From Lama glama (lineage: Eukaryota): a stretch of DNA of 64,000 nucleotides. The stretch covers positions 65,164,001 to 65,228,000 of the forward strand of contig CM052816.1 of the NCBI GenBank assembly GCA_028534125.1. The letters run 5' to 3'. Every line of letters starts with the position of its first letter. Position 1 is the stretch's first letter. The position numbers and the translations under genes are program-made. Shown here one piece after another: positions 62,791-64,000 of this stretch. The notes beneath the pieces were generated by a model that had not been told where the DNA came from, made no database searches, and worked only from the letters and a program-made list of their open reading frames with translations.

Positions 62791-64000
62791 AAAGGGTATG
62801 TTCTATTCATGATGGATCAGTGATCTATTCATAGACTTTCATTTTGAATGTCTACATTGTATGAGGGGAAAAGACAGGGCCAACTAAAAACTGTATGTGA
62901 TGTGATTTCATTGGTATAAAATTTTAAAATGTATAGAGCAAACATTGTTGCAAAAACTTTTGGAAGGTTGCATCCCTTTTCCTGGCCCTCATGAGTAACA
63001 CACCATTTGCAGAAGGGCTCACTGTTTTCTCCAAGCATGACTCATTCCCATATAGAAATAGTCTAGGACAGACGTCAACAAGCTACAGCCCACAGGCCTT
63101 GTCTTTTCCTCTCAGGCCTTATGGATTCAAAGGCAGAGTCTACAGATAGGTCACTGACCCAGGAGTCAACATATAATTTCTGGAGTCCCACCCCTAGTGG
63201 TGCTGGCAGGTTGGGGGAACTTCCCCTGTCTTTTGTTCAGCATTCCCTATATAAAATTGAATGTTTTGTGAAATGATTGCTGAAACTAATTGGACTTTTT
63301 GTGTTTGCAGACCTGTTTCCCTCAGTGAAGCTAACAGGGGTGGTCAGGAATCAGAATTCTAATCTTTTTCTCATTAGCACTGTGCTTGCAATAGTCCACT
63401 CCTGGAAGTCAAGTGCAAATTGAGATAAATTTCTCCTGTGAAATGATGCAATTCACCTGGAATGACCTGCCTTTTGTATACACAACCTGGTGTTGTACAG
63501 AGCACACTTTTTGCTATTGTTGATGTGACTGAGATGATATGAAGAGGTTTTAGGTTGAATTTATTTTAGATAATAATAATTAGATGTTTTACTAGTGTTT
63601 ACTATGAAGGTTTGCAAAATCATTACTGTCTATAAAATTGAAGAAAATAAAAATCATTTAGTACTAAAAATTAACCTTAAAATTGCACATTAGTTGACTG
63701 TACTATGTCGTAGAAAAATATTTGGTCTATATCATACTAGTTAAGAAAAATATGACATTTCATCGTATCTTTATAAATGCTTGATGCCAAATGAGAAAAT
63801 TATATAGCTTTCACCAAATGGCAACTTTTTATCATGTCAAATCTACCTTTGCAAAAATAATACTTTTAAAATGAAAAAAACAGTATGGATGAGTATGAGT
63901 TTGGGGCTTTAATGATTCCCCATTATTTGGCATTTCCAGTTCAAATAATTCACTAGCATTTAGTCATGACTGATAAAGATGTCTTTCAGTTTAAGATCTG

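Overview
This is AT-rich, repeat-dense mammalian non-coding DNA, intronic or intergenic. I found no credible protein-coding exon, RNA gene, CRISPR array or prokaryotic feature. The only ORF-track hits with recognisable protein sequence are decayed LINE-1 ORF1/ORF2 fragments. A tRNA-Ala-derived SINE at 46821 resembles the camelid Vic-1 SINE, and I saw no Alu, Bov-A/BovB, PRE-1 or CanSINE, so a camelid genome is likely (inference). The window contains several L1 remnants (those I could orient are all on the minus strand), many L2/MIR fragments, MaLR/ERVL LTRs, hAT/Tigger DNA-transposon relics, one young ERV-type LTR beside an assembly gap, and three N gaps. The most interesting structures are: a TSD-flanked 2.15-kb L1 with both termini but almost no ORF2; a ~130-bp copy of an LTR/unique-flank junction 13 kb from its source; a template-switch double hairpin inside an L1; a recent 51-bp tandem duplication carrying AP-1 and TATA motifs; and a motif-dense candidate enhancer/promoter at ~5.2-5.65 kb. 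I see no evidence of a new multi-gene biological system. Repeat subfamily names come from recalled consensus sequences, not a database search, and boundaries of old repeats are approximate.
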